Virus record (IMG/VR): IMGVR_UViG_3300048694_001005
Coordinates: 32,001 to 96,000 of that record
Strand: one strand, 5' to 3'
DNA from: a virus
Length of the DNA stretch: 64,000 nucleotides
Positions within the stretch are counted from its first letter, which is position 1, and every line of letters begins with the position of its first letter. The translations under genes and the position numbers were made by a program. The notes under the pieces were generated by a model. It was not told where the DNA came from. It did no database searches and worked only from the letters and a program-made list of their open reading frames with translations. Positions 34,251 through 44,283 of the stretch are shown here, one piece after another.

Positions 34251-37200
34251 ATGACCGTGGATAGAACCAAAGCGGAGCAAAGTGCCAAGTACAATACTGC
34301 TCAAGCGGCGCTTAATGAACAACAGAGTATATTAAATGGAGATCAAAAATTCCTCCAACAAGCAGAAAAGAGATTAAACACAGCAATTTCTCAAGGTGTT
34401 GATCCATTAACCAACCAGCCGTTAACACCGGAATTACAGCTCAAGCTTCAACAAAATGTCGACACACGCAAAGCCACGGTACAGGAATCACAAGCATCTG
34501 TGGCAGCGGCCCAGCAAGATTTTAATCAAGCCAAAGCTAACTACACACCTCCACCAGCAGAGACTGCCACAGAGACACCTAAACAAAGTGTAGCAGACGC
34601 TCCGCAGCCTGCTGCGTCTGGGTCACTAAACGAAGAAGAAAAAAACAATTTAAACTCAGCTAATAAGCAACCCCAAGATGAAGTTCCAGCACGGATAACC
34701 ACTTTTGATGCTAATGGCAATGAGATAACGCCGGAAGAGGAACAGGCCAATCAAGCTGACACTGATAAATCCAATGACGAAGTAAAACAGTTATCCGAAC
34801 CTGTCAGTGACAATATAACAGCTAGTTCTGCAGGCACCAAAGAAAAATCAGATACGGTAACTATTAATCCTATACCAAACTTGTTACACGGCTACTCTAC
34901 CTACACATACAATATTAGCTTGCATATTTTACCCATAGATGCGTATGATGAAATGCAAAAGACTGGCAAATATGTTGTAGATAGAAACAGAGTTTTAATT
35001 GCATCTGCAGGCAGGCATAATGATCAAACCTTTGCAAGAAATCCTTACTGGACTGAAGATTTCTATTTTGACAATCTGCATTTTTCTACGGTTATGGGTT
35101 TTAATTCCAGAACCAAAGGTAGTAATGCAATTACATTAGATTTTACAATAATTGAACCTTATGGTATAAGTTTACTAGATCGATTAATTAAAACTTGTGA
35201 CGATTATGTGGACATAAGTGGTGAAAAAAAGCCTATAGAAAATTATATAGCAGTGCCATACATGTTGCAAATTGACTTTTTTGGATACAATCAAGACTCA
35301 CATGAACCAAAGTTGATAGAAAAAGCAACAAAAAACATAGCTATTAGATTATTGTCTATGGACATGAGCTTCGATGCAAAGGGCACATTGTATAAATTTT
35401 CAGCAGTACCTTATAATCATTCTGCATTTAATGAATTGAATCTAAATTTACCGTCGCTAACAAATATAAAATCAAAGGGCACAGTTGAATCCTTTTTTAC
35501 TTCGGACCAAGAAGACATTGAAACAGAGAAATTACTAAAACAAATAACAAGTACAGAGAAAGGTGGAATTCAAGATAATGTACGCGAGCAGTTTAAGAAA
35601 AGATATAAAGATGATTATAAAACAGCTCAAGAAACACAACAGAAAAAATTAGAGGAATGGAAAAAGAAAAATCCTAAACTATCGGCTGAAATTGACAAGC
35701 CCACAGGCACTATTGTGATTGAAGAACTTAAAAAGAGTAACTACCCGCGCCCGGTGCCAGCAATAGATGATGCTACCTTGGAAAAGAACGCGGAAGAAAA
35801 GTGGAAGGAACAATCAAGTAATTCAGCCATTTATGCTACAGAAGTAAATGCGGGCGGTCTGGGTGTTGCCTTAAACACATACCAAAAATTCATTGCGAAA
35901 GAATATAACCTGTTAGACGGCAACGGTGCACCAATATTATATAAATTTAGCTTTGATCCAGAGATAGGCCAAAGTACAATTAATACTAAACTTCTAACTG
36001 ATCACAGCAGAAAATCACCCAAAGCAGATGCGCCGGTTAAAGCTACGGCCGAAACGGCCACCCCAACATATCCACCTGCACCTGCTACAGGACAAATTGT
36101 AGGTTTTCAATCCAATGCCGGCGGAGCAGCCACGGGAGTGATACGCGCACCTAGACGTGCAGCTTCTGCGGGAGGATCTAATACGCCGCCCGCAGGGGGC
36201 TCTTACGTAGCAGTGGCTAGAGAAATGCTACAGAAGGAAGAAGGATTACCTAAAGGCGGCAAAGCGTATTGGGATCCTGCCGGCCAAAATGTCCTAGTAT
36301 CCATAGGCTATGGTCATCAAATTCAAAAAAATGAATATGATCAGGGATTTATTCAAGCAGGTGCTGAGCAGATTAAAATTGTTGGTAATAGAGGCATAGA
36401 CACTGTATTAACAAAGAATCAAGCGGGTGCTTTGCTAGAGTTGGATCTTCCTAGATATTCATCAAGAGCCGCGGGGCCTTTGGGAAGTGCTGCGTGGGCC
36501 AAGCTGAATGATAACCAAAAAGCAGCATTAATTAGTTATGCCTACAACACTGGTAGTACCGAAAGCTTGGTAAATAATGGAATCGTTGATGCCATTAACA
36601 AGGGAGACTTCACAAGTGCTGGACAAATTATTGCACAAAAAGGTATAAGAACTGCTAATGGAAAAATATTGCCAGCACTGGTTCGTAGAAGAGAACACGA
36701 AGGATCATTATTTTCTTCGGGTGTCACCAATACGAACTCGGAACCGCAAACCCAAACACCAACCCCCGATTCATTTAATACTGCCGCATCTAGTATAGAC
36801 ACCTCTGTAGACTCTGATCAATTTATTTCGTTTCAGCAAGGCACTAGTGTAATAGAAGTTATTAACACTATAATGAAAGCATCGTCTTATATACAAGATC
36901 AGTTGCAATTAAAACTTGACGAAGCAGGAGCCGGCGATGATGCTGAAAAGAAAGCAAAAGTTGAAAGAGAGTTTGAACCCTACAACCACTTTAAAATTAT
37001 TCCAAAAGTGGAGCTGGGTAAGTTTGATCCTGTGCGTAATGACTACACTAAAATAATTACGTTCTTTATCAAAACCTACAAGGTCAAAGGATTGCGTTTT
37101 CCGGATATTAAAAAAGGAACACGCCCTAGGGATATAGATTGTGTTAAACAATACAATTATTATTTCACTGGAAAAAATACTGATATTTTAGACTTAAAGG

Positions 37201-38327
37201 TTAGTTTTGATGCCCTATTTTATACTGCGATGTCGGCTAGGTCACAGCGGTTCCAACAGGCAACAATAGATCAAGCCAAAACAGATCCCCCCAAAGTGGG
37301 CGGAGACTCTGCACCAAATGCAACCATTATCGCTAAACATTCAAAAACTTTACCGGCGTCTTTGCAGTTCGTTCCTAATATTATGGGTAACAATAAGCTT
37401 ACACAGGAAAGTGTTGAAGCTATCAGAGCAAACGATCTATTTGGAAATTTGTATGGTAAGTCGCAGGCTGATATGTTGACTTTAGATTTTGATATTGTTG
37501 GTGACCCCTGTTATATACAGACAGAAGAATTTACGTTAAATCCCGACAGAAAAGATGATTATCTAGACAAAACAGATGTGCGAGTATTTGACAATGGTAG
37601 TTTGGTAATTAATGATGGCGATCTATTCGTTAAAGTGGAATTTAGACTACCCTTAGATATTGATACCACAACAGGACTATACAAATTTGAAGATGGGGAT
37701 CTACGGAAAAGTAGTAAAGATAGTAGCTTCTTTACTGGTATATACAAAATTCTGACAATTGATCACACGTTTCAAGGTGGACAATTCAAACAAAAGTTAC
37801 AAACGGTACGGGTCTACAACGATCCACAAACCTTAGAAAAAGATAATCAAGGTGCTCCTGATCCTAACAGGGACGGGACTACAGGTGAACTTATGGGTCC
37901 ACCTGCACCGGTAAGCTCAATTAGTCAAACTAATAGTAATACAGAGGCAGCAAGTGATGCCCAACTACCTAGCCCAGATCTGCTTCCAACACCTAATCCG
38001 TTACCACAAGTACCACCACTGCCCAGTGTATCACAAGTTAGCACAGCTAGCGGTACTGCAACAACTACAATATCTGGAGACGGAACAGTAACTACGGTAA
38101 CATCCACAGTTACGGAAACGGTTACGGGCGGCGGCTCAACTACAACTACCGCAGTCTATGATGACAAGGGCAATGTAGTTGGCGTTAACAAAGTTTATGA
38201 AGCTGCACAACAAGCAGATAGAAATGCTGTGATTGCCAAGGCGCAAACACTGAACATACAGGAATTAGAAAATTTGAAGAAATCACGAGTGGGTAATGAG
38301 AGCCCAATCCAGGAAGGTGATTGGTAA
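34251..38327 (+). CDS. Baseplate hub protein (gp27-like) with inserted GH24 lysozyme domain
   Basis: PNLLHGYSTYTYNISL, EPYG..LLDRL and IVGDP hub motifs; insert at about 36210..36720 KEEG...YWD...SIGYGH...ALISYAYNTG...LVRRREHE. Confidence 0.75.
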   Translation: MTVDRTKAEQSAKYNTAQAALNEQQSILNGDQKFLQQAEKRLNTAISQGVDPLTNQPLTPELQLKLQQNVDTRKATVQESQASVAAAQQDFNQAKANYTPPPAETATETPKQSVADAPQPAASGSLNEEEKNNLNSANKQPQDEVPARITTFDANGNEITPEEEQANQADTDKSNDEVKQLSEPVSDNITASSAGTKEKSDTVTINPIPNLLHGYSTYTYNISLHILPIDAYDEMQKTGKYVVDRNRVLIASAGRHNDQTFARNPYWTEDFYFDNLHFSTVMGFNSRTKGSNAITLDFTIIEPYGISLLDRLIKTCDDYVDISGEKKPIENYIAVPYMLQIDFFGYNQDSHEPKLIEKATKNIAIRLLSMDMSFDAKGTLYKFSAVPYNHSAFNELNLNLPSLTNIKSKGTVESFFTSDQEDIETEKLLKQITSTEKGGIQDNVREQFKKRYKDDYKTAQETQQKKLEEWKKKNPKLSAEIDKPTGTIVIEELKKSNYPRPVPAIDDATLEKNAEEKWKEQSSNSAIYATEVNAGGLGVALNTYQKFIAKEYNLLDGNGAPILYKFSFDPEIGQSTINTKLLTDHSRKSPKADAPVKATAETATPTYPPAPATGQIVGFQSNAGGAATGVIRAPRRAASAGGSNTPPAGGSYVAVAREMLQKEEGLPKGGKAYWDPAGQNVLVSIGYGHQIQKNEYDQGFIQAGAEQIKIVGNRGIDTVLTKNQAGALLELDLPRYSSRAAGPLGSAAWAKLNDNQKAALISYAYNTGSTESLVNNGIVDAINKGDFTSAGQIIAQKGIRTANGKILPALVRRREHEGSLFSSGVTNTNSEPQTQTPTPDSFNTAASSIDTSVDSDQFISFQQGTSVIEVINTIMKASSYIQDQLQLKLDEAGAGDDAEKKAKVEREFEPYNHFKIIPKVELGKFDPVRNDYTKIITFFIKTYKVKGLRFPDIKKGTRPRDIDCVKQYNYYFTGKNTDILDLKVSFDALFYTAMSARSQRFQQATIDQAKTDPPKVGGDSAPNATIIAKHSKTLPASLQFVPNIMGNNKLTQESVEAIRANDLFGNLYGKSQADMLTLDFDIVGDPCYIQTEEFTLNPDRKDDYLDKTDVRVFDNGSLVINDGDLFVKVEFRLPLDIDTTTGLYKFEDGDLRKSSKDSSFFTGIYKILTIDHTFQGGQFKQKLQTVRVYNDPQTLEKDNQGAPDPNRDGTTGELMGPPAPVSSISQTNSNTEAASDAQLPSPDLLPTPNPLPQVPPLPSVSQVSTASGTATTTISGDGTVTTVTSTVTETVTGGGSTTTTAVYDDKGNVVGVNKVYEAAQQADRNAVIAKAQTLNIQELENLKKSRVGNESPIQEGDW

Positions 38328-38330
38328 ACA

Positions 38331-40487
38331 ATGAGAGATAATGCAAAATTTAGTAGACCAGCTAGTTACAGTCAATCAGCAGCCGCGGCCAGTCAAAATT
38401 TAAGTCCAGGTCCCTATGTTGGCATTGTAAAACAAAATGCAGATCAACAGCGTATGGGAAGATTATGGGTGTGGTTGCCACTATTAAGCCCAGACGAAGA
38501 AGATCAAACTAAATGGGTATGCTGTTCATATGCTAGTCCATTTGCAGGCTTTACTAGACCACCTAATAATGATGGTACTGACAATTTTACAAATACAAAA
38601 CATGCCTACGGTATGTGGTTTATACCGCCAGACATTGGCGTAAAAGTGCTGGTAGTGTTTGCGGATGGTCAGTCAGACAAAGCATTTTGGATCAGCTGTA
38701 TTTTTGAAGGTCACAGTCATTACATGGTGCCGGGTCTGGGCGCAAGTATAAACAGCGACTTTAAAACAGGTCCCAGTACAACTATACCACAGGATCAGCG
38801 TCCTGATCGTGTGCCAGTGGTAGAATACAATGACAATAATCCCACATTAGACGGCAATCCAGCGTGGTTTAAAAACCCTAAACCCATGCATCAAACACAG
38901 GAACGGATTCTACAGGAACAGGGTCTAGACTTTGATTATTTGCGTGGTGCAATTTTGACGTCAAGTCAACGCGAAAGTCCTAGCCAAGTATTTGGTATTA
39001 GCACACCAGGTAGATTAATTGACGATGGCAAAACAGAAGGTTATAAAGTAAGACGCGGTGGTCATACTTTCGTAATGGATGATGGTGACAGTGTAGGTGA
39101 CAATAACTTTACAAGATTACGTACAGCGGGCGGGCATCAAATTTTAATGCACGACACTGGTGATTTTATGTACATCAGCAACAGCAAAGGCACAGCGTGG
39201 GTTGAAATAAATTCTGTTGGTGATATAGAAATATTCAGCAACGGTAATTTTAGCTTACGTGCAGCCACTAATATTAACCTTCATGCTGACGGTGACATCA
39301 ATATGTATGCAGGCAACAAGCTCAAAGTTGTGGCTGAAAGTGGCATGGACTTGCAAAGTAATTATATTAATTTGAACTCGGTAGAAGATACCACTATCCA
39401 TGCCTGTAAAGTTTTAAACCTTAAAAGTGGTGCGGCCAGCAACTTTGACGCTACCGGCAATTTTAGCATCAAGTCAGATGGTACATTATTCCTTAATGGT
39501 GGACCTACTATTAAGCTAAACTCTGGCGGTGCAAAAACAGTGACGCCACTTAATGACATCAAACGCAGTGGCTTTCCTAATGCTTTACGTAATTTAGACA
39601 GCTACAAGAGTGTAGCCAAACGTATAAACAGTATATCAACTAGAGTTCCTACACACGAACCTGACGTAGGTCATGCGGCTAAGGCAGATCAAGTGCGTAA
39701 TGCCGCTGCTATAAACATGGCTGATGACGCTATAGCTAATTTACCACCACAAGCTGGGCGTGTGCCTGCGCCCCCAGTCAGTGTTTTAACTGACAGCCAT
39801 GGTAATGCAATTTTAAGTGGAACTGGTGTGCCGGTAGCTACACCTAACGTCAGTGACAAGACGGATGCAGCGCCAAATATTACTGCACCCGTACCTAACA
39901 CACTAGCAAATTTGCCTAATGCTATTGATAAACAGCCAGATCCCAGTAGAGCAGTGGGAACGCTGACCAAAGACGAAACCAAAGCATTTATGACAACTAT
40001 TGGACAAGCAGAAAGCGGCGGCAACTATAACCTAATAGGCGGCATGGGAAATATAGGCAAATACCAAATGAGTGCATCTACTTTGGTAGATCAAAACTTT
40101 ATCAGTAAGGACCTGTTTCAAAAGTATGGCGGCAGTAATGCAGTAATGGATAATCCAGCAGCATGGACCGGCGTTGAAGCAGCAGCAACAGGCATAACCA
40201 GTAAAGCAGCGTTTTTAAATGCACCAGGTGTCCAGGAAAGTGTGATGCAGTCAGTGACGGAAACAAATTATACGGCACTTGTGAGTAATGGCGCTATACG
40301 TGCAACCGATAGCAGTGAAATTGCGGCGGGATCGTTAGCAGTGGCACATAAATTTGGCGCAGCCGGAGCATTTGCTACTCGTTACAGTGGTGGCACAACT
40401 GACGCTGCGGGTAATACCGGAAACACGTATTTTGCAATAGGTAAATACTCTATTAACAGCCTAACCAAGAATGGAAGCTTAGTATAA
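38331..40487 (+). CDS. gp5: Baseplate central spike (gp5-like) with C-terminal lysozyme-fold domain
   Basis: GPYVGIV...MGRLWVW...YASPF...GMWFIPPD.G..VLV (OB fold); RTAGGHQILMHD beta-helix; AESGGNY...GKYQM. Confidence 0.8.
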   Translation: MRDNAKFSRPASYSQSAAAASQNLSPGPYVGIVKQNADQQRMGRLWVWLPLLSPDEEDQTKWVCCSYASPFAGFTRPPNNDGTDNFTNTKHAYGMWFIPPDIGVKVLVVFADGQSDKAFWISCIFEGHSHYMVPGLGASINSDFKTGPSTTIPQDQRPDRVPVVEYNDNNPTLDGNPAWFKNPKPMHQTQERILQEQGLDFDYLRGAILTSSQRESPSQVFGISTPGRLIDDGKTEGYKVRRGGHTFVMDDGDSVGDNNFTRLRTAGGHQILMHDTGDFMYISNSKGTAWVEINSVGDIEIFSNGNFSLRAATNINLHADGDINMYAGNKLKVVAESGMDLQSNYINLNSVEDTTIHACKVLNLKSGAASNFDATGNFSIKSDGTLFLNGGPTIKLNSGGAKTVTPLNDIKRSGFPNALRNLDSYKSVAKRINSISTRVPTHEPDVGHAAKADQVRNAAAINMADDAIANLPPQAGRVPAPPVSVLTDSHGNAILSGTGVPVATPNVSDKTDAAPNITAPVPNTLANLPNAIDKQPDPSRAVGTLTKDETKAFMTTIGQAESGGNYNLIGGMGNIGKYQMSASTLVDQNFISKDLFQKYGGSNAVMDNPAAWTGVEAAATGITSKAAFLNAPGVQESVMQSVTETNYTALVSNGAIRATDSSEIAAGSLAVAHKFGAAGAFATRYSGGTTDAAGNTGNTYFAIGKYSINSLTKNGSLV

Positions 40488-40861
40488 TGGCAACATACAA
40501 AGGATTTGACACACAGAGCAACAGTCGCAGATTTAGACTAACTGACTTTGAGCTAATCAAACGTGATTTATTGAATCATTTTAATGTGCGTCGTGGCGAA
40601 AAACTTATGCGTCCAGGGTTTGGATGTAGTATTTGGACCTATTTGTTTGAACCCATGACGGAAACAACACGCCAACAAGTAATTGACGAAGTAAAAGCAG
40701 TGATTGACTATGATCCGAGAGTTAATGCTGACAAAATTACTATTACTAGCTATGAACAGGGTATACAAATTGAGTTAGAACTTAGTTTGGTGGGTACAAA
40801 TCAAACCTCCAACATGGTTTTACGCTTTGATCAGAATCAAAGCGCGGTATTAAGCTATTAA
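40487..40861 (+). CDS. gp25: Baseplate wedge / sheath initiator (gp25-like)
   Basis: LIKRDLLNHF..RRGEKLMRP.FG..IW..LFEP...YDPRV. Confidence 0.92.
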   Translation: MATYKGFDTQSNSRRFRLTDFELIKRDLLNHFNVRRGEKLMRPGFGCSIWTYLFEPMTETTRQQVIDEVKAVIDYDPRVNADKITITSYEQGIQIELELSLVGTNQTSNMVLRFDQNQSAVLSY

Positions 40862-40882
40862 ACTACCGGTTAACAACACTAA

Positions 40883-40888
40883 TAAATA
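40883..40888 (+). promoter_or_regulatory. Late promoter TAAATA
   Basis: AATAAATATC upstream of the gp6-like gene. Confidence 0.55.
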
Positions 40889-40906
40889 TCAGAATAGACA
40901 ATAATT

Positions 40907-43900
40907 ATGGCGCTAACAACACGACAAACCAACTTACTAGTAGCTGAGGACTGGACCAAAGTATATCAAAGTTTCAGAAATGCTGATTTCCAGGCCTACG
41001 ACTACGAAACTTTGCGTAAAAGCATGATTGACTATCTGCGCCTATACTATCCCGAAGATTTTAACGATTTTATAGAAAGCAGCGAATATATTGCGCTTAT
41101 AGACCTAATAGCATTTCTGGGTCAAAGTATTGCATTCCGCGCAGATCTAAACGCTCGTGAAAATTTCATAGACACAGCAGAACGTCGTGACAGCATATTG
41201 AGATTGGCTAAACTAGTAAGTTATGTGCCACAACGCAACATCAATGCTGTGGGTCTACTTAAAATTGACACAGTAAGTACTACAGAAGCACTTACAGATA
41301 GTGATGGCGTAGATCTAACTAATGCAAATATATACTGGAACGACAACACTAATGCAAACTGGTACGAGCAATTCGTAACTATAATAAATTCCGCACTAAT
41401 TTCCGGCCAAAGAATAGGTAATCCCGGCAATAGTCAATATCTAACTGGTATAAAAACCGATGAGTATGGCATCAACCTAGCAGCTGGCGGCAGCAACATT
41501 TACAAGTTTAAAAGCACAGTGCAGGGCGTGAGTATGAGTTTTGAGGCAGTAAGCGGCACAAGCATAGGACAAAACTACATATACGAAAGCAGCCCGGCCT
41601 ATAGTTCAGTGTTTAACTTAATTGCTCGTAATGATAACTTAGGCAACGCAAGTAATAACACTGGATTCTTTGTTATGTTCAAACAGGGAACACTACAAAG
41701 CGATACTTTCAACTTAGCAGAAAGCTTGTCAAACAGAGTTTTGTCTGTAAGCTCAGACAATATAAACAATACAGATTACTGGTTATACCAATTAAGTAAC
41801 AGTGGTAATCCCATTACAGAGTGGTTACCAGTGCCCAGTGTAAACGGCACAAACATAGCTTACAATCAAGTTAATGCTACAAATAGAGACATTTTTGAAG
41901 TAGGCACCCGCGCCAATGATCAAGTTGATTTAATTTTTGGTGATGGCACTTTTGCAAATATACCGCAGGGAAACTTCACATTCTATTACAGAACTAGTAA
42001 TAATTTAGACTACAGAATTACTCCTGCCGAAGTAAACAACATTCAAATCAATATTCCCTATACCAGTAAGAGCAACAGGTCTGAAACGTTAACCTTAACC
42101 GTAAGCTTAAAATACACGGTAAGTAATGCTCGTGCTCGTGAAACATTGGCCAGTATTAAAACTAATGCTCCGCAGCAGTACTACACACAAAATCGTATGG
42201 TGAATGGTGAAGACTATAACATTCTGCCATTTACCAAGTTTAGTAATTTAGTAAAAGTCAAAGCTGTAAACAGAACCAGTAGCGGAATTAGTAGATTCTT
42301 AGATGTATTAGATACTACCGGCAAGTACAGCAGCACAAACATATTTTGTCAGGATGGTATTTTGTCCAAAGCTGACACCTTCAAGACTTTTACCTTTGAA
42401 TGGACTACTGTTAGTGACGTTCAACAGGCCATAGAAACTAAGATATTGCCAGTAATAGAAAGTCAAAGCATGAAGAATTTCTATTACTACTATTTTAACA
42501 GATACGCACTTACAAATACTTTTTGGACCGCAGTTACCTTGGGCAATAACAGTTCTACTGGATATTTCCAATCAGGAGGTATACCATGGCAAATAGGTAA
42601 TACTGTAACTGGCAGCAGAGCGCAACTAATACCAGGCGCTATTATTAAATTTTATGCAGGATCTGGCAAGTACTTTGACGCCAATCATGTTATTCAAAAT
42701 GGTACTCCCAGTGCAGAAAATGAATCTCAATACTTGTATAGTGCAGTTCGCACTGTTGACAAGGACGGAACATATACCACTGAGGAATTGAACACTTATG
42801 GCGTAGGTCCTGTGGCATTGAGCGACATTGTGCCTTCAGATGCAGAAGCCGTGGAAGTCATATCTGATTTTGCGGATTCTCTGACTAGTGCCGTACGTCA
42901 AAGTATTGTGGACAATGTTGAACAAAATAAAAACTTTGGCCTGGGTTATGATACTACCGATCATATTTGGTATGTAATTACAGCAGCTAATCTGAACACC
43001 GCCGAAACGTTCAGCGAAACTTACCGAATGGACACAACTAACAGCCATCTTGATAATAGTTGGATTTTAACTTTTACAACCAGTGGTACTAGTCATGTTT
43101 ATACGGTCAAATATCGTGGTATGGACTATTACTTTGAAAGCGAATTAGAAACTAGGTTCTATTTTGATAAAACCCAACGCAGCTATGATGCCAAAGTGGG
43201 TACAGTGGTTAAAGACAATATCAAAATACTAAAAGTAAATAACAAACCAGATTCTAGTTTACCGCTGGTTACCCCGGTCACTGTAGAAATCAATGATAAT
43301 GTAATTGGTCAAGATGGTTATGTTAATAATGAAATAGTCAAAGTTACATTTGCCGATCCTGATAATGATGGTCTCCCAAATAATCCAGATTTCTTTCAAA
43401 CCATTGTTGATCCAACAACAAATCCTGACAGTAAAAAAGTCTACTACGAAATTTTAGCTTCGGGCGATTATGCACCCATAGCTTCTACTGACATAGTATT
43501 AACCTATGCAACATTAGCAGCTATACAGGCTAACAAAACCAAATATGTAGATGGCACACTGTTTTATGCTAGTACTGATGACAAATTTTATACTCTAAGC
43601 GTAAACGGTTCAGTTCGCACCGTGTCGCAAGTTACCAATTATGCTTACAGAACTGGCAGACAAAACATTTATTTTCAATATAGACACAATAGTCCAAACA
43701 ACAGACGTATTGACCCTGCCCCAAACAATATAATTGATCTTTATTTGTTGACGAAAACTTATAGCGATGATTATTATGCGTGGTTAGCCGATGTAACTGG
43801 TTCGGTAATGGAACCAGAAGAACCCAGTAGTGAAGATTTGCGACTGAACTTTCAGGAATTAGAAAGCTATAAAATGATTAGTGACACCATCATTTACAAT

Positions 43901-44281
43901 ACTGCGAAGTTTAGACCTTTGTTTGGTACTAAAGCAGAAACAGCATTACAGGCCAAATTTAAAATAGTTAAAAACCCTATTACTAATATCAGTGACACTG
44001 AAATTAAAAGCCGTGTGTTGACTGCGTTGAATACGTATTTTAGCATAGACAACTGGGATTTCGGTGAGACTTTTTATTTTACTGAACTCAGCGCCTATCT
44101 GCACACTAGTTTAGCGACATATATCAGTAGTGTGATATTAGTGCCACAAGATGTGAATCAACAGTTTGGTGACTTATTCCAAGTAAATGCTAACATAGAT
44201 GAGATCTTTGTAAATTCAGCAACTGCTGCTGATATTGAAATTATTTCTGCAATTACAGCAGCGCAACTTAATCAGGTTTAG
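40907..44281 (+). CDS. gp6: Baseplate wedge protein (gp6-like)
   Basis: DYETLRKSMIDYL...DFIESSEY..LID..AF; ENFIDTAERR.S; FGDG.F; QNRMVNGEDY. Confidence 0.9.
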   Translation: MALTTRQTNLLVAEDWTKVYQSFRNADFQAYDYETLRKSMIDYLRLYYPEDFNDFIESSEYIALIDLIAFLGQSIAFRADLNARENFIDTAERRDSILRLAKLVSYVPQRNINAVGLLKIDTVSTTEALTDSDGVDLTNANIYWNDNTNANWYEQFVTIINSALISGQRIGNPGNSQYLTGIKTDEYGINLAAGGSNIYKFKSTVQGVSMSFEAVSGTSIGQNYIYESSPAYSSVFNLIARNDNLGNASNNTGFFVMFKQGTLQSDTFNLAESLSNRVLSVSSDNINNTDYWLYQLSNSGNPITEWLPVPSVNGTNIAYNQVNATNRDIFEVGTRANDQVDLIFGDGTFANIPQGNFTFYYRTSNNLDYRITPAEVNNIQINIPYTSKSNRSETLTLTVSLKYTVSNARARETLASIKTNAPQQYYTQNRMVNGEDYNILPFTKFSNLVKVKAVNRTSSGISRFLDVLDTTGKYSSTNIFCQDGILSKADTFKTFTFEWTTVSDVQQAIETKILPVIESQSMKNFYYYYFNRYALTNTFWTAVTLGNNSSTGYFQSGGIPWQIGNTVTGSRAQLIPGAIIKFYAGSGKYFDANHVIQNGTPSAENESQYLYSAVRTVDKDGTYTTEELNTYGVGPVALSDIVPSDAEAVEVISDFADSLTSAVRQSIVDNVEQNKNFGLGYDTTDHIWYVITAANLNTAETFSETYRMDTTNSHLDNSWILTFTTSGTSHVYTVKYRGMDYYFESELETRFYFDKTQRSYDAKVGTVVKDNIKILKVNNKPDSSLPLVTPVTVEINDNVIGQDGYVNNEIVKVTFADPDNDGLPNNPDFFQTIVDPTTNPDSKKVYYEILASGDYAPIASTDIVLTYATLAAIQANKTKYVDGTLFYASTDDKFYTLSVNGSVRTVSQVTNYAYRTGRQNIYFQYRHNSPNNRRIDPAPNNIIDLYLLTKTYSDDYYAWLADVTGSVMEPEEPSSEDLRLNFQELESYKMISDTIIYNTAKFRPLFGTKAETALQAKFKIVKNPITNISDTEIKSRVLTALNTYFSIDNWDFGETFYFTELSAYLHTSLATYISSVILVPQDVNQQFGDLFQVNANIDEIFVNSATAADIEIISAITAAQLNQV

Positions 44282-44283
44282 AG

